DNA from: Andalucia godoyi And28
Taxonomy: Eukaryota; Protista; Jakobida
Direction of reading: 5' to 3'
DNA length: 64,000 bases
NCBI GenBank assembly: GCA_009859145.1
Contig: VRVR01000054.1
Span: forward strand, 62,001-126,000
The notes beneath the pieces were generated by a model. It saw only the letters and a program-made list of their open reading frames with translations. It searched no databases and was not told the DNA's origin. Below are positions 31,214-41,779 of the stretch, in pieces. The translations under genes were made by a program, and so were the position numbers. Position 1 is the stretch's first letter, and every line of letters begins with the position of its first letter.

Positions 31214-33421
31214 ATGCAGTTTCGTGTTCCTGTGACTCATCCTTCAAGATCAGAGTCTGTGTTTTTACCAAGTCGTTCGGCTCTGTTCACTCGTCCATCC
31301 ACGATCCTATCCCTGTTCCCCGGGCCTCCAATTCCCCATTCTCCGAACTCCCTGTCGTTTGTAAGTTCTCCAGCATCGCCGATTTCCAGCCCGTCTCCAA
31401 CAACAGAATCCCTTGATTTGTCGATGCGCGCCCAAGCATTGGCGCGTCTTGCGGCTTCAAGAACGGGCGCAAAGTCTCTGCAGCCGCTTCAGCAGGACTT
31501 CAAAACAAGCGTTTCTATTGCAGTTCTCAGTGAAAAGAATGCAGACTGGACTGCGGCTGCGGCGGCATGGACTCGAGCTATGGATGTGCTGGACCGACTC
31601 TTGTCTTGCGCGTCAAAGTCCCCACTGCTGTCAATAAGCAGCGTCAGTGGAAAGCGAGTGACGCTACTCGCGGATCGAGTGCAGAGCGATAATGACCCTA
31701 GCTTTGTTGCTGCAAATAACAGTAGCGACACCAGCGCTGGGAACATCGAAAGCGGTGTGTTGGACGACGCAACCGAAACGATCTTTCGTGTCGCTTCTGT
31801 TGTGCTTGATGGATGGACAGACGGAATTCCAACTGTGCTGAACGGCGCATCTCTTGCGTACTATGCCCTGGGGCTCTCGTCAGCTTCGCCAACAGGAGGC
31901 AGCAGTGGCAGCAGTGGCGGCAGCGGCACGTCTCCTTCATCATCGTCGTCATCATCGTCGGCACCTCTATCACCGACTTCGTCTATGTTGTCTCCATCGA
32001 GAACCAGTGCCATGTCCAATGCATTGGCCTTTGCGCTCGAGTATTTGCTTTTTGTATCTCCGTTTCCAGCGTACTCTGCGTCTCTTTTCCAGTTTCTCAT
32101 CCCAGGCGGTTTGGATCAAGAGTGGGTGGATGTTGCGCGAGCGTGTGTTTCGCCAGCAATTCTCGACGCCATCGAAAAGACGGTGTTCAATGTCTGCGAG
32201 TCCAACGGTCTTGTTCTCAAGCCTGGCTTCCACGGTGGCGCTTCACTTTCTGCTGCCCACATGAACATTTCGCTGATTCTTTCCTCGGTTCCCGCGACGC
32301 CTGCAACTCCGATCCCTTCGTCCCCATCGTCCCCTTTTGCAATTTCGCTGACAGTACCGTCTGGACGAAGCATATCATCACCTCCTGCATCTCCAAACGC
32401 TCACCCGCACCCCTTTTCGACATCGTCCCTGTCCACAACAACAACAGGAGGATCCGCGGCCAATGGCCCCTTTCCCAGCGCACTGCTGCTGGCTCTGGTT
32501 CACGCCCGCCATGCTCTCTACGCATCTTGCTACTCTTACCCGTTTTCTACGCGCAATTCTTACCCAGTCTATTCGTTTCCGTATTCCTCGGCTTCTCAGG
32601 CGGACAGGAGCGCCTCCGGGGCTGGAAAGCAGTTCAACGATCTGCGTTACCGGGCATCGCTTGGGTGTGTTCTTTCGCCCACTGCGTTTGAGATTGCACG
32701 ATCGACGACAGGATATCAAAAGCAGCAATCGGCCCCCGTGATCTCGGAAGAAGATCTTTACTGTATCATAGCGTGCAGCGTGCAGTGTACAACCTGCATT
32801 TTGTCGCTGTTGAAGCTTTCTCCTGGCCCTGGCCCTGCCCCTGTTTCTCCTTTATCTGCGTCATCATCTCTGTTGTCATCATCATCATCACCATCTTCAC
32901 AGCCAAGCTGGCTGAGCATAGAGGAAGAGAGAGACCTTGTTTTCGAGTCATGGGTCCACATCCATCGGGTCTTACGGCTCCTGAATCACGTTCCTTTGAA
33001 CGACCCTGCCTTTGCAAGTGCGGCAGATCGTGGCCGACAGGACCCGTTTGCGTGGATTGCTGCTGGTGCCTCGCCAGTGATCTCGCAGCACTTGAAAACC
33101 CGGCTTGGTAAGGAGTCCGAAGCACTCGTTTGCTATCTTGCTGGAATGGTCTGCAGGTCCATGTCCAGACTGCACCCCTCAGAAATGGCAGACTGGGCCC
33201 AGCGAGCAGTTTTGTGGTTGGAGCGTGCGATCCTCATTTGCAGAAGCGCCGTCGCTGCTCCTTCCTCTACCGCTTCCACTACCACTTGTTCTTCTGATGG
33301 AACTGCAGGAGCTGCAATTGGCCCGTCATCCATTCGAGAAGTAGCTGCAATGTGCGGAGTAATGGTAGGCGTTGCTCGTGGTGAATGTGTGCTGCTCGCA
33401 TATTCTCCTAAAGGGCCGTGA
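31214..33421 (+). CDS. Uncharacterised helical protein with Ser/Pro-rich insertions, possibly BRO1-like
   Basis: ATG at 31214 (MQFRVP...). Alternating amphipathic helices and low-complexity linkers. LAFALEYLLF and WAQRAVLWLERA loosely recall the BRO1 domain. The family call is weak. Confidence 0.7.
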   Translation: MQFRVPVTHPSRSESVFLPSRSALFTRPSTILSLFPGPPIPHSPNSLSFVSSPASPISSPSPTTESLDLSMRAQALARLAASRTGAKSLQPLQQDFKTSVSIAVLSEKNADWTAAAAAWTRAMDVLDRLLSCASKSPLLSISSVSGKRVTLLADRVQSDNDPSFVAANNSSDTSAGNIESGVLDDATETIFRVASVVLDGWTDGIPTVLNGASLAYYALGLSSASPTGGSSGSSGGSGTSPSSSSSSSSAPLSPTSSMLSPSRTSAMSNALAFALEYLLFVSPFPAYSASLFQFLIPGGLDQEWVDVARACVSPAILDAIEKTVFNVCESNGLVLKPGFHGGASLSAAHMNISLILSSVPATPATPIPSSPSSPFAISLTVPSGRSISSPPASPNAHPHPFSTSSLSTTTTGGSAANGPFPSALLLALVHARHALYASCYSYPFSTRNSYPVYSFPYSSASQADRSASGAGKQFNDLRYRASLGCVLSPTAFEIARSTTGYQKQQSAPVISEEDLYCIIACSVQCTTCILSLLKLSPGPGPAPVSPLSASSSLLSSSSSPSSQPSWLSIEEERDLVFESWVHIHRVLRLLNHVPLNDPAFASAADRGRQDPFAWIAAGASPVISQHLKTRLGKESEALVCYLAGMVCRSMSRLHPSEMADWAQRAVLWLERAILICRSAVAAPSSTASTTTCSSDGTAGAAIGPSSIREVAAMCGVMVGVARGECVLLAYSPKGP

Positions 33422-34074
33422 ATGCCGTCCGGGCAATGTAAAAATAGCTGCGCTCTTTTGCTGCGGCGCAGCGGAAGATCGATCCTCAAATGGAGCTTCC
33501 CGTCTTTGCTAGTCTCGGCTGGATGATGGGCAATTCGGGACTGTGTGATGTGTCTGATGGGACACACACCTTTCTGGTTTTTCCACTTGTCTATTTTTGC
33601 ACTGCCTGCATTTTCCCATCGCGTTTCCTTTCACTACGCCGCCGAGCTGCCCGAACTGCCGAGCATTACCCGACCCATTTGTGCAAAAAATAATGAAACA
33701 CCTCGAAAGAAACCCTGTTTCTTTTTTCTTTTCTTTCTCTTTCGTCTTCCTTTCGTCTTCTTTGTTCTTCTTCTTCTGTTCCTTTCATTCCTCTCCTTCC
33801 TCACGTCCTCACGTCCTCCCTGTATCGTAGCCAGCTCTCTTGTTTTTTTTTTTTTTTGGGTATTGCCGTTGTCTGGCTGCGTGGCGGATTTTTCACACAT
33901 ATCTTCTTCTTTTCGTTTATCTTTTCTTTCTATATTTATTGTTATTACTATTTGGTTTTTTTGTTTTGTTTTTGACAGGAGAGTGGGAAAGCGCCGGGAG
34001 AAGAATATTCTTATCAACAGAACAAAAAGCAAAAAACAACAACAAACAAACAACAACAACAACAAAAACGAAAG

Positions 34075-35430
34075 ATGGATTTGACATCTGCGCTATCTTC
34101 TCCGTGGCCGACACTGTCTTCCACATCTTCGTTGATGCGGTTGATGATGCCTGGGTCGACAACCGTCAATGTAACTTCGGAGCTGCTCTTTCCATTTGTG
34201 CCTTTTGAAGACATTGAGCGGACCTCGGTAACGCCGCGCGTGCCCACCGCGGAACCGATTGGGGAGTGCCAGGCGCCGCTCCGAAGGATCCCACAGGTAG
34301 AAAAGCCCGATATCCGGTTATTACCAACGCACATCGGCCGCATCCGGAAGGCCGAAAAGGAATGTCCGCTGCCGATTCGAGACCCGACGCTCGTGATTCC
34401 CGGCGTCAATGTCGACAAGGTGGGTGCCCCGTGTCAGCCAAGCCACGCCGCCACGCAGTCCGCTCCATCTCCGTCAGCGACAGATTGGGTGATGTCAGCA
34501 GCCTCATCCGCAGACCTTTCCCGCTTCTCGATCCAGACCCGCACCGGCCGGATTCCTTACCATTCCTGGACATCGCCCACGAATTCAACGGGTGCCGCCC
34601 GCAACGCACAATCCGACACCACGAACCCGACTGTCGGCCCTCATCCCCACCCCAACGACCAGAGCAGCAGCAATGTGCTTGGACCGATCTTCCAGCTTCT
34701 CGACCCATCCGTGTTTGACATTGGCACCTTCCACATTGGCACCCCTGAATCCAGCACCTCTTCGTCGGACAAGACTCCCATCAACGACGGAGAGTGGTAC
34801 AAAACGTCTGTCTATTCACTCAAGGCTTCTTTTCACGTCCGAAACGATTCGCATCCGTGGTTCGCTTCCACGTGTCTTGTTCGCGAATCCGACGGATCTG
34901 TTGTCCACGACGGGCTTTCCTTTCAAAAACACGGTCCCTTCCCATTCCACTCCAAATTCCTGGGCGATCAAATGACTCTTGTCGAAGGCGAAATCGGTCC
35001 GTTCTCCGTATCCAAGTTTTCGTTTGTCCACCACGGAAAGCCTGTGAAGTTCAGGCTTTGCGTTCGGTGCTATTCCGAATCGGATAAAGAAGAAATCGCA
35101 AGCGAATTCACTGTCGTTTCGCCTTCCTTCGTTGTAAAGTCAAAGAAGCCGAAGAGAGGAGAAAAGCGAGAATGCGGAATGGTTTGGGAAAGGTATGAAC
35201 ACAACAGCAACATCAAGAAGAACAGCTGCGATGGCAGCAGCACCGGCAGCAGCAATCACATCGACAATGAAATGGACTGCAGCAATGAGAATCGCGACGA
35301 TTCATGTGCCATTCACGCAGCCAAAGTGTTGAAGATTGCTGCGGATACAGCAATCATGGGAAATGGTATGATTGAAATACAGATGCGTTCTTCTTCAGGA
35401 TCTGGAGTAAGCTTACATTGCGTCTCGTAA
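34075..35430 (+). CDS. 'EWYKTSVY' family paralog 1, putative transcription factor
   Basis: Conserved domain at about 34522-35154: FSIQTRTGRIPYHSW, EWYKTSVYS, GPF, KFSFVHHGKPVKFRL, SPSFVVKSKKPKR. Confidence 0.85.
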   Translation: MDLTSALSSPWPTLSSTSSLMRLMMPGSTTVNVTSELLFPFVPFEDIERTSVTPRVPTAEPIGECQAPLRRIPQVEKPDIRLLPTHIGRIRKAEKECPLPIRDPTLVIPGVNVDKVGAPCQPSHAATQSAPSPSATDWVMSAASSADLSRFSIQTRTGRIPYHSWTSPTNSTGAARNAQSDTTNPTVGPHPHPNDQSSSNVLGPIFQLLDPSVFDIGTFHIGTPESSTSSSDKTPINDGEWYKTSVYSLKASFHVRNDSHPWFASTCLVRESDGSVVHDGLSFQKHGPFPFHSKFLGDQMTLVEGEIGPFSVSKFSFVHHGKPVKFRLCVRCYSESDKEEIASEFTVVSPSFVVKSKKPKRGEKRECGMVWERYEHNSNIKKNSCDGSSTGSSNHIDNEMDCSNENRDDSCAIHAAKVLKIAADTAIMGNGMIEIQMRSSSGSGVSLHCVS

Positions 35431-36353
35431 GTCACCACGGATGTTGGGAATTTTAAATGATACAATGGTACTTTATTGCACTCCATCTGTTTTTTCCGTC
35501 CCTTCTTCTGTCTTTTGATGTTTTTCTTCTCTTTGTTTAAATAAAAGTATGCTTATGCAAAACGCTTTCATCTCAGCTCCTTTTCTTTTCTTTTCTATTA
35601 TAATAATAATAATATTTTTTTTGCGAGTTGTTGTTGAAGCGCTAAGAGAGGGCCGGGGAAAAAATTCGAATCACGGGTGGGGCGAAAACGGTATTTCGCG
35701 GTACTCCATTTCCTATTCTAGTGCGGGCCGTTGTTTTTTCGATGGACGGGTATATTGTGCATGCATGTCGTTGCAGAATGGTCCGTTGACCGTTTCTTCC
35801 CGGAGGCGGAGGAGAAAGCGCCTGAACGCCAAATCCAATATCTTGGGGGTTTCCAAAGAAGCACGAAGGGAAAGGTCAGCAGCGACGTGGACGCGGGAGA
35901 CGGGGGATTTTATCGTATTTGGCAGTAGAAGTGTTCACTTTGTGTTGCTGAACAGTTCAATTGCACTGTCTCTCCGGGGCCCGTCGCCCACTTGAATTAC
36001 TTCCTCGGTCAGCCGGGTAAGCGGTCTCTTCTTCGTTTCCTTGTACTTAACATCACAATCGCGAAGAATTACTGCCTCCCCTGATTGTTTTTATTACGTG
36101 TTTTGCATAAAGGATTCTGTCCCCCACTCTCCTTCTCGTATCGTTTTATTTCACTGTCACGTTCCTCTGTCGGGTTTTCTCTCACCGTCGACACGTCGTC
36201 CTTCCCCCTCTTTAAGCTTTATTTCTTTTTCTATACTTCTTTTCTTTCTTTGCTGCTGCTTCCCTTCTGCTTTGTGTTATCTCGTTATCGTGTTTTGTCT
36301 GTTGTTACGTATTTTTGAAAACTTGTCTTTTTTTCTGTTCCCTATACAAAAAA

Positions 36354-39300
36354 ATGCCTCGTCTGTCTCCCACGAACGCCTCTGCCGGCATGGACTCCGA
36401 GTCTTCTGCACTGTACGACACCTCGCGTATATTCTCGAGGAGGTTGTCGATCAGTGCCGGGCCGCAAAATGCCTCGTCCAGTCCAGGAGTCGTGCTGGAT
36501 TCTCCTCTCCAGGCCTACTTCAATCTGCCGGGGTTCGCTGCTGACGCCCCGATGTCGACCAATGGACCCGCGGGCATTTCTACCGGCCTCTCCAGCATGC
36601 AGCGACAGCCGTCCTTTGACGCCAGCAGCTTCTTTTTGAAAGAGGCGTATTCGGGTAGCGGTAACCACAACCATCATAACCATCATAACCATCATAACCA
36701 TCATAGCCACAACCACAACCACAACCACAACCACCATCATCCTGCGGGTGACAATGATCCTAATGGCTACATGCAGACCGATGGAGCGACAACCACACAT
36801 TCCAGTGCGCCAGCGCTCCCAACCAAACTTCCAAAAGTGCAGTCCATCCCGGCAGCTGCACCACCATTTTCTTCTTCTTCAGGAGGTACATTGATGGACG
36901 CGCAAATCATTCCCGAAAGCAAAGAGACGCCCATTCTCCACGAGCAAATAGGAGCTGGCACGAGCATCAAGATGCCGGTCTCTCAGAATAAGCAAAGACA
37001 GATGGTAAGCGCAATCCATGGAACGGCAGATGCTCCTGCGTCTGCACCTTCGCAGGAATCCGACCAAGAAACGGAGAGACAAACATCCGATGGGTTTGCG
37101 AATGGTAATGTTGGGAGCTCCGAGGGCGATGCGGGCTCTAACTCCGATCAAAAGTTCTTTTCATGGACCCCTCTCGATCCCCCACTGCGCAACCTTGCTT
37201 CTTGGTCCGTTCTGACCAAGACGGGCAGGACAGGCTATCATGCTTGGCACGGAAACATTGATTCGGAACTTGAACGAGAAGATTTCGAATGGTACAAGAC
37301 TTCTGTGTATACGATCTGTGTCCGAATTGAGCTTAACAGCAGTGGCGGCTCTGCAGGGAAGCTGTCGTCCCAATTATTGTCGACATCACCAGGTGAGTTA
37401 CAAGCAATCCATCCGGAGCATCTCTATGAGGCCCAGATCTCAGGATCCCCTTCCATGCAGGATCGTTCTTTCTCCGTGCATGACTCCAATTCTGCATCGT
37501 CCTCTTCGGCATTGCGCGTCTCGCAGTCGCATGTGGATGAATCAATGTTTGCAGAGGCACCGGATGTATCGGATGGCAGCCTCGACTACTTTGATGCAAT
37601 TATCGAGTTAATGCACGATGGGGACGACGAGCCCATTCCGGACGGCTTTCGCTTCCACAAGTCGGGCCCGTTCCGCTTGCTGCGTCGCGGACCTGGAATC
37701 TATCAAGGTGAAATAGGGCCGTTGTCGCCAGATCGATTTTCGTTTACGCACTCTGGATCCCACCACAAATTCAGACTTCGTATCTCGGTGAGACACTCGT
37801 CCGCAGCACTTTCTGGTGATTCGCAGAATGGAAGATCGCTGCGAGGTCGGCTGCAGGATGCCAATGTGGTGAGTGACAGTGATGAGGAGGAATCTTTTGA
37901 GAGAAGTTCTTCCACCCGTGGAAAACGCGTTGGTGCAGGTGGTGCTCTGAGATCTGCAACGGCGTCCACTTCAAACGACGATTTCGCCGTCGATGGTGAT
38001 ACGGTGTGGCATCATTCCATCTCTCCAGGGTTTTTAATCAAGTCCAAAAAACCCAAAAAACTGAACCAGTCGCACCACACCAGTGCCGTGTCGTCAGCGA
38101 ATTTTCCGAACAACAACTCAGGACTCTTCCTGGGCGGTTTTCCAGCTGCTGGCGCGGGACTGGATCCTGTCGCGACCAACGCGATGGCAGCCGCATTGTT
38201 CGGAAATGTTCTCCAGCCGCAAGGTCTCTTCTCTGGATATGAGCAGTTGGCGGCCGGGTTGGCGCCAATGGTACCCTTGGGACCGCAGTGGACCAACCAT
38301 CTAGCTGCAGCTGCAGCTGCAGCCGCAGCCGCAGCCGCAGCCGGCGGTGGCAATACGTCCTTGTCAGGCATCAGTGCACCGGTGAAGCGAACCCGGAGTT
38401 TTGCTGCGAATGAACTCGCAAATTCAGAGATCCTTGCAGCTCCTCCGTACAACACCAACAGCCAGAACAATGGGGGCAGTAGCATTCATCAAGAAGATGT
38501 GCAGCGCCAGCATCGAGGCGGACAGCGCGGAGATCACGGCGGCTCCAGCACTAACGCCGGCTCTAGCTCCGTGGCTGGTGGCTCCTCCAGTTCTCATGCT
38601 GCGGGACACGTGTCCAGTGGACTTTCCCATGGAATGATGGTGTCTCAGGAGCAGGCAGCAGGAGTGGCGGAACCGTCGCAAAAGCGGCAATTTCGTTCAT
38701 CTGGTGCGCAGCAACACGTTCTTCAGAACCTCATTTCCTCGACTTCGGATTTAGAGCAACTGCTTGTTATGGAGCGCATTCTGCAGGCCGCGCAAGTGGC
38801 GCATTTGCAAATGCAAGTACGACAAGCCCTTGCGCACCAGCAAGTGGCCGCCGCAGCGTTGTTTTCGCAGCAACCGATGTCCGGAAATTCAGCTCAGACT
38901 GGCATACTGTCCCAGCATCAGCAACAGCATCAGCAACAGCAACAGCAGCTGCAGAATGCACCAGGTTTTGATGATCATCGTATGTCTGGCATTTCTGAAA
39001 TCGCTCATTCCATTCAACAGCAGATGCAGACCCAGCAGCAACCGCCTGTGGGATTTAATCCGGCGCTGTTATTTGGATCCAATTTTGCGGATCTTGGAAC
39101 GCACCAGCAAGTGCCGTACCCATTGGAAGAGGATGGGCAGTACATGTCACAGGAGCAGTATGCTGCAATACTAATGCAACAGCACCAAAACGTGATGAAT
39201 ATGCTCGCCAATTCCCGATCCTCGATCTCCTCTGCAGCAGGATCGTCGTCAGCAGCAGCAACAGCAGCAGCACCTTTGGGCACGGTAGCGCAATCTCCTG

Positions 39301-39668
39301 TAGTTCCTGATGCCAGTTCGAACGCTCGAACGAGTGGAGAGGCTTCGCATCACTGGGACGGGGGTCATTCCGACAGCTTTCCTGGCGTGACCAATCTCGC
39401 CTTCACCAGCGATGCAGGGCTGCTAGAAAACGGAAATGTTGATCTGCGACGCATGTCATTCGTTTTTCCAGTCTCCGATCAAGCAAACGCATCCGGACTG
39501 CCTGCATTGTTCGAGTCCGGCCAGCGGACGACAGCAGCAGCGTCAGAATCCCAGATTCCCGCCCAGGACGCTGGGCAGTCCAATAGTTCGGAAGAAGATC
39601 TGCTTGCAGATCTGGACTCGGAGCAAATCGATGGAAACGATCGTGTTATGAAATCAAGTCTCGAGTAA
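36354..39668 (+). CDS. 'EWYKTSVY' family paralog 2, putative transcription factor with poly-His/Ala/Gln regions
   Basis: ATG at 36354. Domain at about 37164-38057: WSVLTKTGRTGYHAW, EWYKTSVYT, RFSFTHSGSHHKFRL, SPGFLIKSKKPKK. Long Q-rich C-terminus. Confidence 0.88.
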   Translation: MPRLSPTNASAGMDSESSALYDTSRIFSRRLSISAGPQNASSSPGVVLDSPLQAYFNLPGFAADAPMSTNGPAGISTGLSSMQRQPSFDASSFFLKEAYSGSGNHNHHNHHNHHNHHSHNHNHNHNHHHPAGDNDPNGYMQTDGATTTHSSAPALPTKLPKVQSIPAAAPPFSSSSGGTLMDAQIIPESKETPILHEQIGAGTSIKMPVSQNKQRQMVSAIHGTADAPASAPSQESDQETERQTSDGFANGNVGSSEGDAGSNSDQKFFSWTPLDPPLRNLASWSVLTKTGRTGYHAWHGNIDSELEREDFEWYKTSVYTICVRIELNSSGGSAGKLSSQLLSTSPGELQAIHPEHLYEAQISGSPSMQDRSFSVHDSNSASSSSALRVSQSHVDESMFAEAPDVSDGSLDYFDAIIELMHDGDDEPIPDGFRFHKSGPFRLLRRGPGIYQGEIGPLSPDRFSFTHSGSHHKFRLRISVRHSSAALSGDSQNGRSLRGRLQDANVVSDSDEEESFERSSSTRGKRVGAGGALRSATASTSNDDFAVDGDTVWHHSISPGFLIKSKKPKKLNQSHHTSAVSSANFPNNNSGLFLGGFPAAGAGLDPVATNAMAAALFGNVLQPQGLFSGYEQLAAGLAPMVPLGPQWTNHLAAAAAAAAAAAAAGGGNTSLSGISAPVKRTRSFAANELANSEILAAPPYNTNSQNNGGSSIHQEDVQRQHRGGQRGDHGGSSTNAGSSSVAGGSSSSHAAGHVSSGLSHGMMVSQEQAAGVAEPSQKRQFRSSGAQQHVLQNLISSTSDLEQLLVMERILQAAQVAHLQMQVRQALAHQQVAAAALFSQQPMSGNSAQTGILSQHQQQHQQQQQQLQNAPGFDDHRMSGISEIAHSIQQQMQTQQQPPVGFNPALLFGSNFADLGTHQQVPYPLEEDGQYMSQEQYAAILMQQHQNVMNMLANSRSSISSAAGSSSAAATAAAPLGTVAQSPVVPDASSNARTSGEASHHWDGGHSDSFPGVTNLAFTSDAGLLENGNVDLRRMSFVFPVSDQANASGLPALFESGQRTTAAASESQIPAQDAGQSNSSEEDLLADLDSEQIDGNDRVMKSSLE

Positions 39669-40057
39669 TAACAATCCCTGCAAATGTGCCTCCTCCTCTG
39701 CTTTCGACGCTGGAATTCTTTCAAAAACGCCGATCGTTTTTATAGCTTCCCTCTGTCGGTAAATATAAAATCACAAAAACCGAAAGTTTACAAAATATTC
39801 AAATAAGCTTGCCAACAAACTGACATCAATATTCATCATCATTATTGCGGATTCTCAAACTGATGCTTGATTTGAGAAAGTTCGAGTTATCTCCCCCACA
39901 TTTTCCTCTCAAAACCCGCTCGAGCGATCACGCGACATCAGCATCAGAAACTATTGGGCAGACCCAATGCTCATGTACTCCCAACAGCGACAATCGTCAA
40001 AAAAAATAAAATAACAAAAAATAATTACACAGCGCGAAGAGAAGACCGTCACCACAA

Positions 40058-41779
40058 TCATTGAGCAGGTCTCGCGATCGTCTTTGGAGGAGGAAGTTCA
40101 TCATCTTCATCACCGCTGCTTGTTGCATCCAGTGCTGCCGTCTCCCGGTCTCTCTTGCCCGACGCGGTTTCGTGCATCGAAAGAACATGTTTGGGCTTCT
40201 TTGACTTGACGAACATTGGGGGAGAGACGGAGATCCATTCGGCAACTCGCTGACCCTGTGCATTCAGACCGCGAACGGATAGTCGTAGACGGAAGGGAAT
40301 GTGCTTACCATTGTGCACAAATGAAAATCTTGACGGCTGGAAGGTACACGTTCGGCCAACCCAGGTCGACTGACCCTTGCGCTTCAGATGGTACGGGCCA
40401 CCGCGAGTGAACCGAAGCCCCTCTTGCATAATATAGTTTGTGTCATTATGTTGCGCAAGAGTCAGCTCCATTTCATAGTTGTAGATTGTCGACGGATTGG
40501 CAAGGTTCGATGCAGTCGGCATCGGCACTTCGGACGGATTGAAATCCATGCGAACCTGAACGGTGTACACCGACGTCTTGTACCACTCTGTGTCCTCTGG
40601 TTGATTTTCTGCCATCGCAGAAGTCCAGCTGTGGAAGGACGTGCGGCCAGTCTTGGTCTGCACAGACCACCCAGTGAGACCGGGGATCGCCGGAATAGAC
40701 CAGTCCAAAGTAGGCTCCGTAAAGTCAAACCGAATCTCGGAAGCCTCGCGTGTGGGCAGAATCCGCCCTGTCTTTGTGCATGAAGTTACCGAAGCTGTAT
40801 TTTGCGCAATGAGAGCTGGATTGGAGGAATTTCCGCCTAGAGATCCAAAAAAGGACCCATTAGTCGTTCCGGACCGGCTTCCGTCCGAAGAAGACGAGGT
40901 TGTGGAGGATGCGCTGCTGGGACCGTCTCTCGACATGGTCGTCGCAGACGATGAAGACGAAGCAGAACGGTCTACCCGCGGTGCACTGATCAACGTCGGA
41001 GCATGCTGGGGTGCAAAGTCCATGCCAAACATGGTTCCAGCCTGCGTGACCTTCGTCGCGGGAACGAGGAGCTTCATGGGAGTTGCATGCGGGGTGGATC
41101 CGTCGCCAGTCGATGTGGGACACAGCAATGCGTTTGAAGGCATCTGCGCAACAGGGAAAAGAGAGCGACGCCGCTTTCCAGCCACAACCTGCAATCCGGT
41201 AGTTCCGTCGACGTAGCTCACTTCCTGCAGCGAATCCGGGAACGACAGTTCCGGTTCCGGATTCATCGCAAAGAGCGCATGTCCGTTCTGCGGTGCGCCG
41301 CACAGGTACCCCGGAACGGATGCCATGGACGGTGCACAGACATTCGGCATGGAGGACATGCTGAAGCCCGCCATGGACGGCGCATTATAGAACGAGAACT
41401 GTCCGAATAGCGATGAGCGGCGAATCATGTTGCCTGCACACGCAACAGCGGGATCCTGCAACATGGTCACGTACGATGTGCTTGTTCGGCGACTCGGCGG
41501 CGACGGGTTGTACTGCGTGCACTCATCGGACGGAGACACGACAAGGTCGTTGGCCCAGAGATCCTGGCACCAATCTTGGAATTCTGGGATGTAGGCAGGT
41601 GGCAACATCGGGTCTGTCTCCACTGCAAAGTTGGCTGCGATTGCCGATGGATAAAAGTCGTTCACGTCCAGCGAGTGATTGCTGGCTCCGCCGATGCTCA
41701 GACGGAATCCGCTGGACACAAGGTCCACTGACGTCTTTCGGCTCCCGACTGTGGAGAGCGAGTTGCGGGAGTTTTCCAT
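40058..41779 (-). CDS. 'EWYKTSVY' family paralog 3, putative transcription factor
   Basis: Compact domain at 40190-40702: WSIPAIPGLTGWSVQTKTGRTSFHSW, EWYKTSVYT, RFSFVHNGKHIPFRL, SPPMFVKSKKPKHV, followed by a basic GKRDRE segment. Confidence 0.88.
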   Translation of the reverse strand: MENSRNSLSTVGSRKTSVDLVSSGFRLSIGGASNHSLDVNDFYPSAIAANFAVETDPMLPPAYIPEFQDWCQDLWANDLVVSPSDECTQYNPSPPSRRTSTSYVTMLQDPAVACAGNMIRRSSLFGQFSFYNAPSMAGFSMSSMPNVCAPSMASVPGYLCGAPQNGHALFAMNPEPELSFPDSLQEVSYVDGTTGLQVVAGKRRRSLFPVAQMPSNALLCPTSTGDGSTPHATPMKLLVPATKVTQAGTMFGMDFAPQHAPTLISAPRVDRSASSSSSATTMSRDGPSSASSTTSSSSDGSRSGTTNGSFFGSLGGNSSNPALIAQNTASVTSCTKTGRILPTREASEIRFDFTEPTLDWSIPAIPGLTGWSVQTKTGRTSFHSWTSAMAENQPEDTEWYKTSVYTVQVRMDFNPSEVPMPTASNLANPSTIYNYEMELTLAQHNDTNYIMQEGLRFTRGGPYHLKRKGQSTWVGRTCTFQPSRFSFVHNGKHIPFRLRLSVRGLNAQGQRVAEWISVSPPMFVKSKKPKHVLSMHETASGKRDRETAALDATSSGDEDDELPPPKTIARPAQ

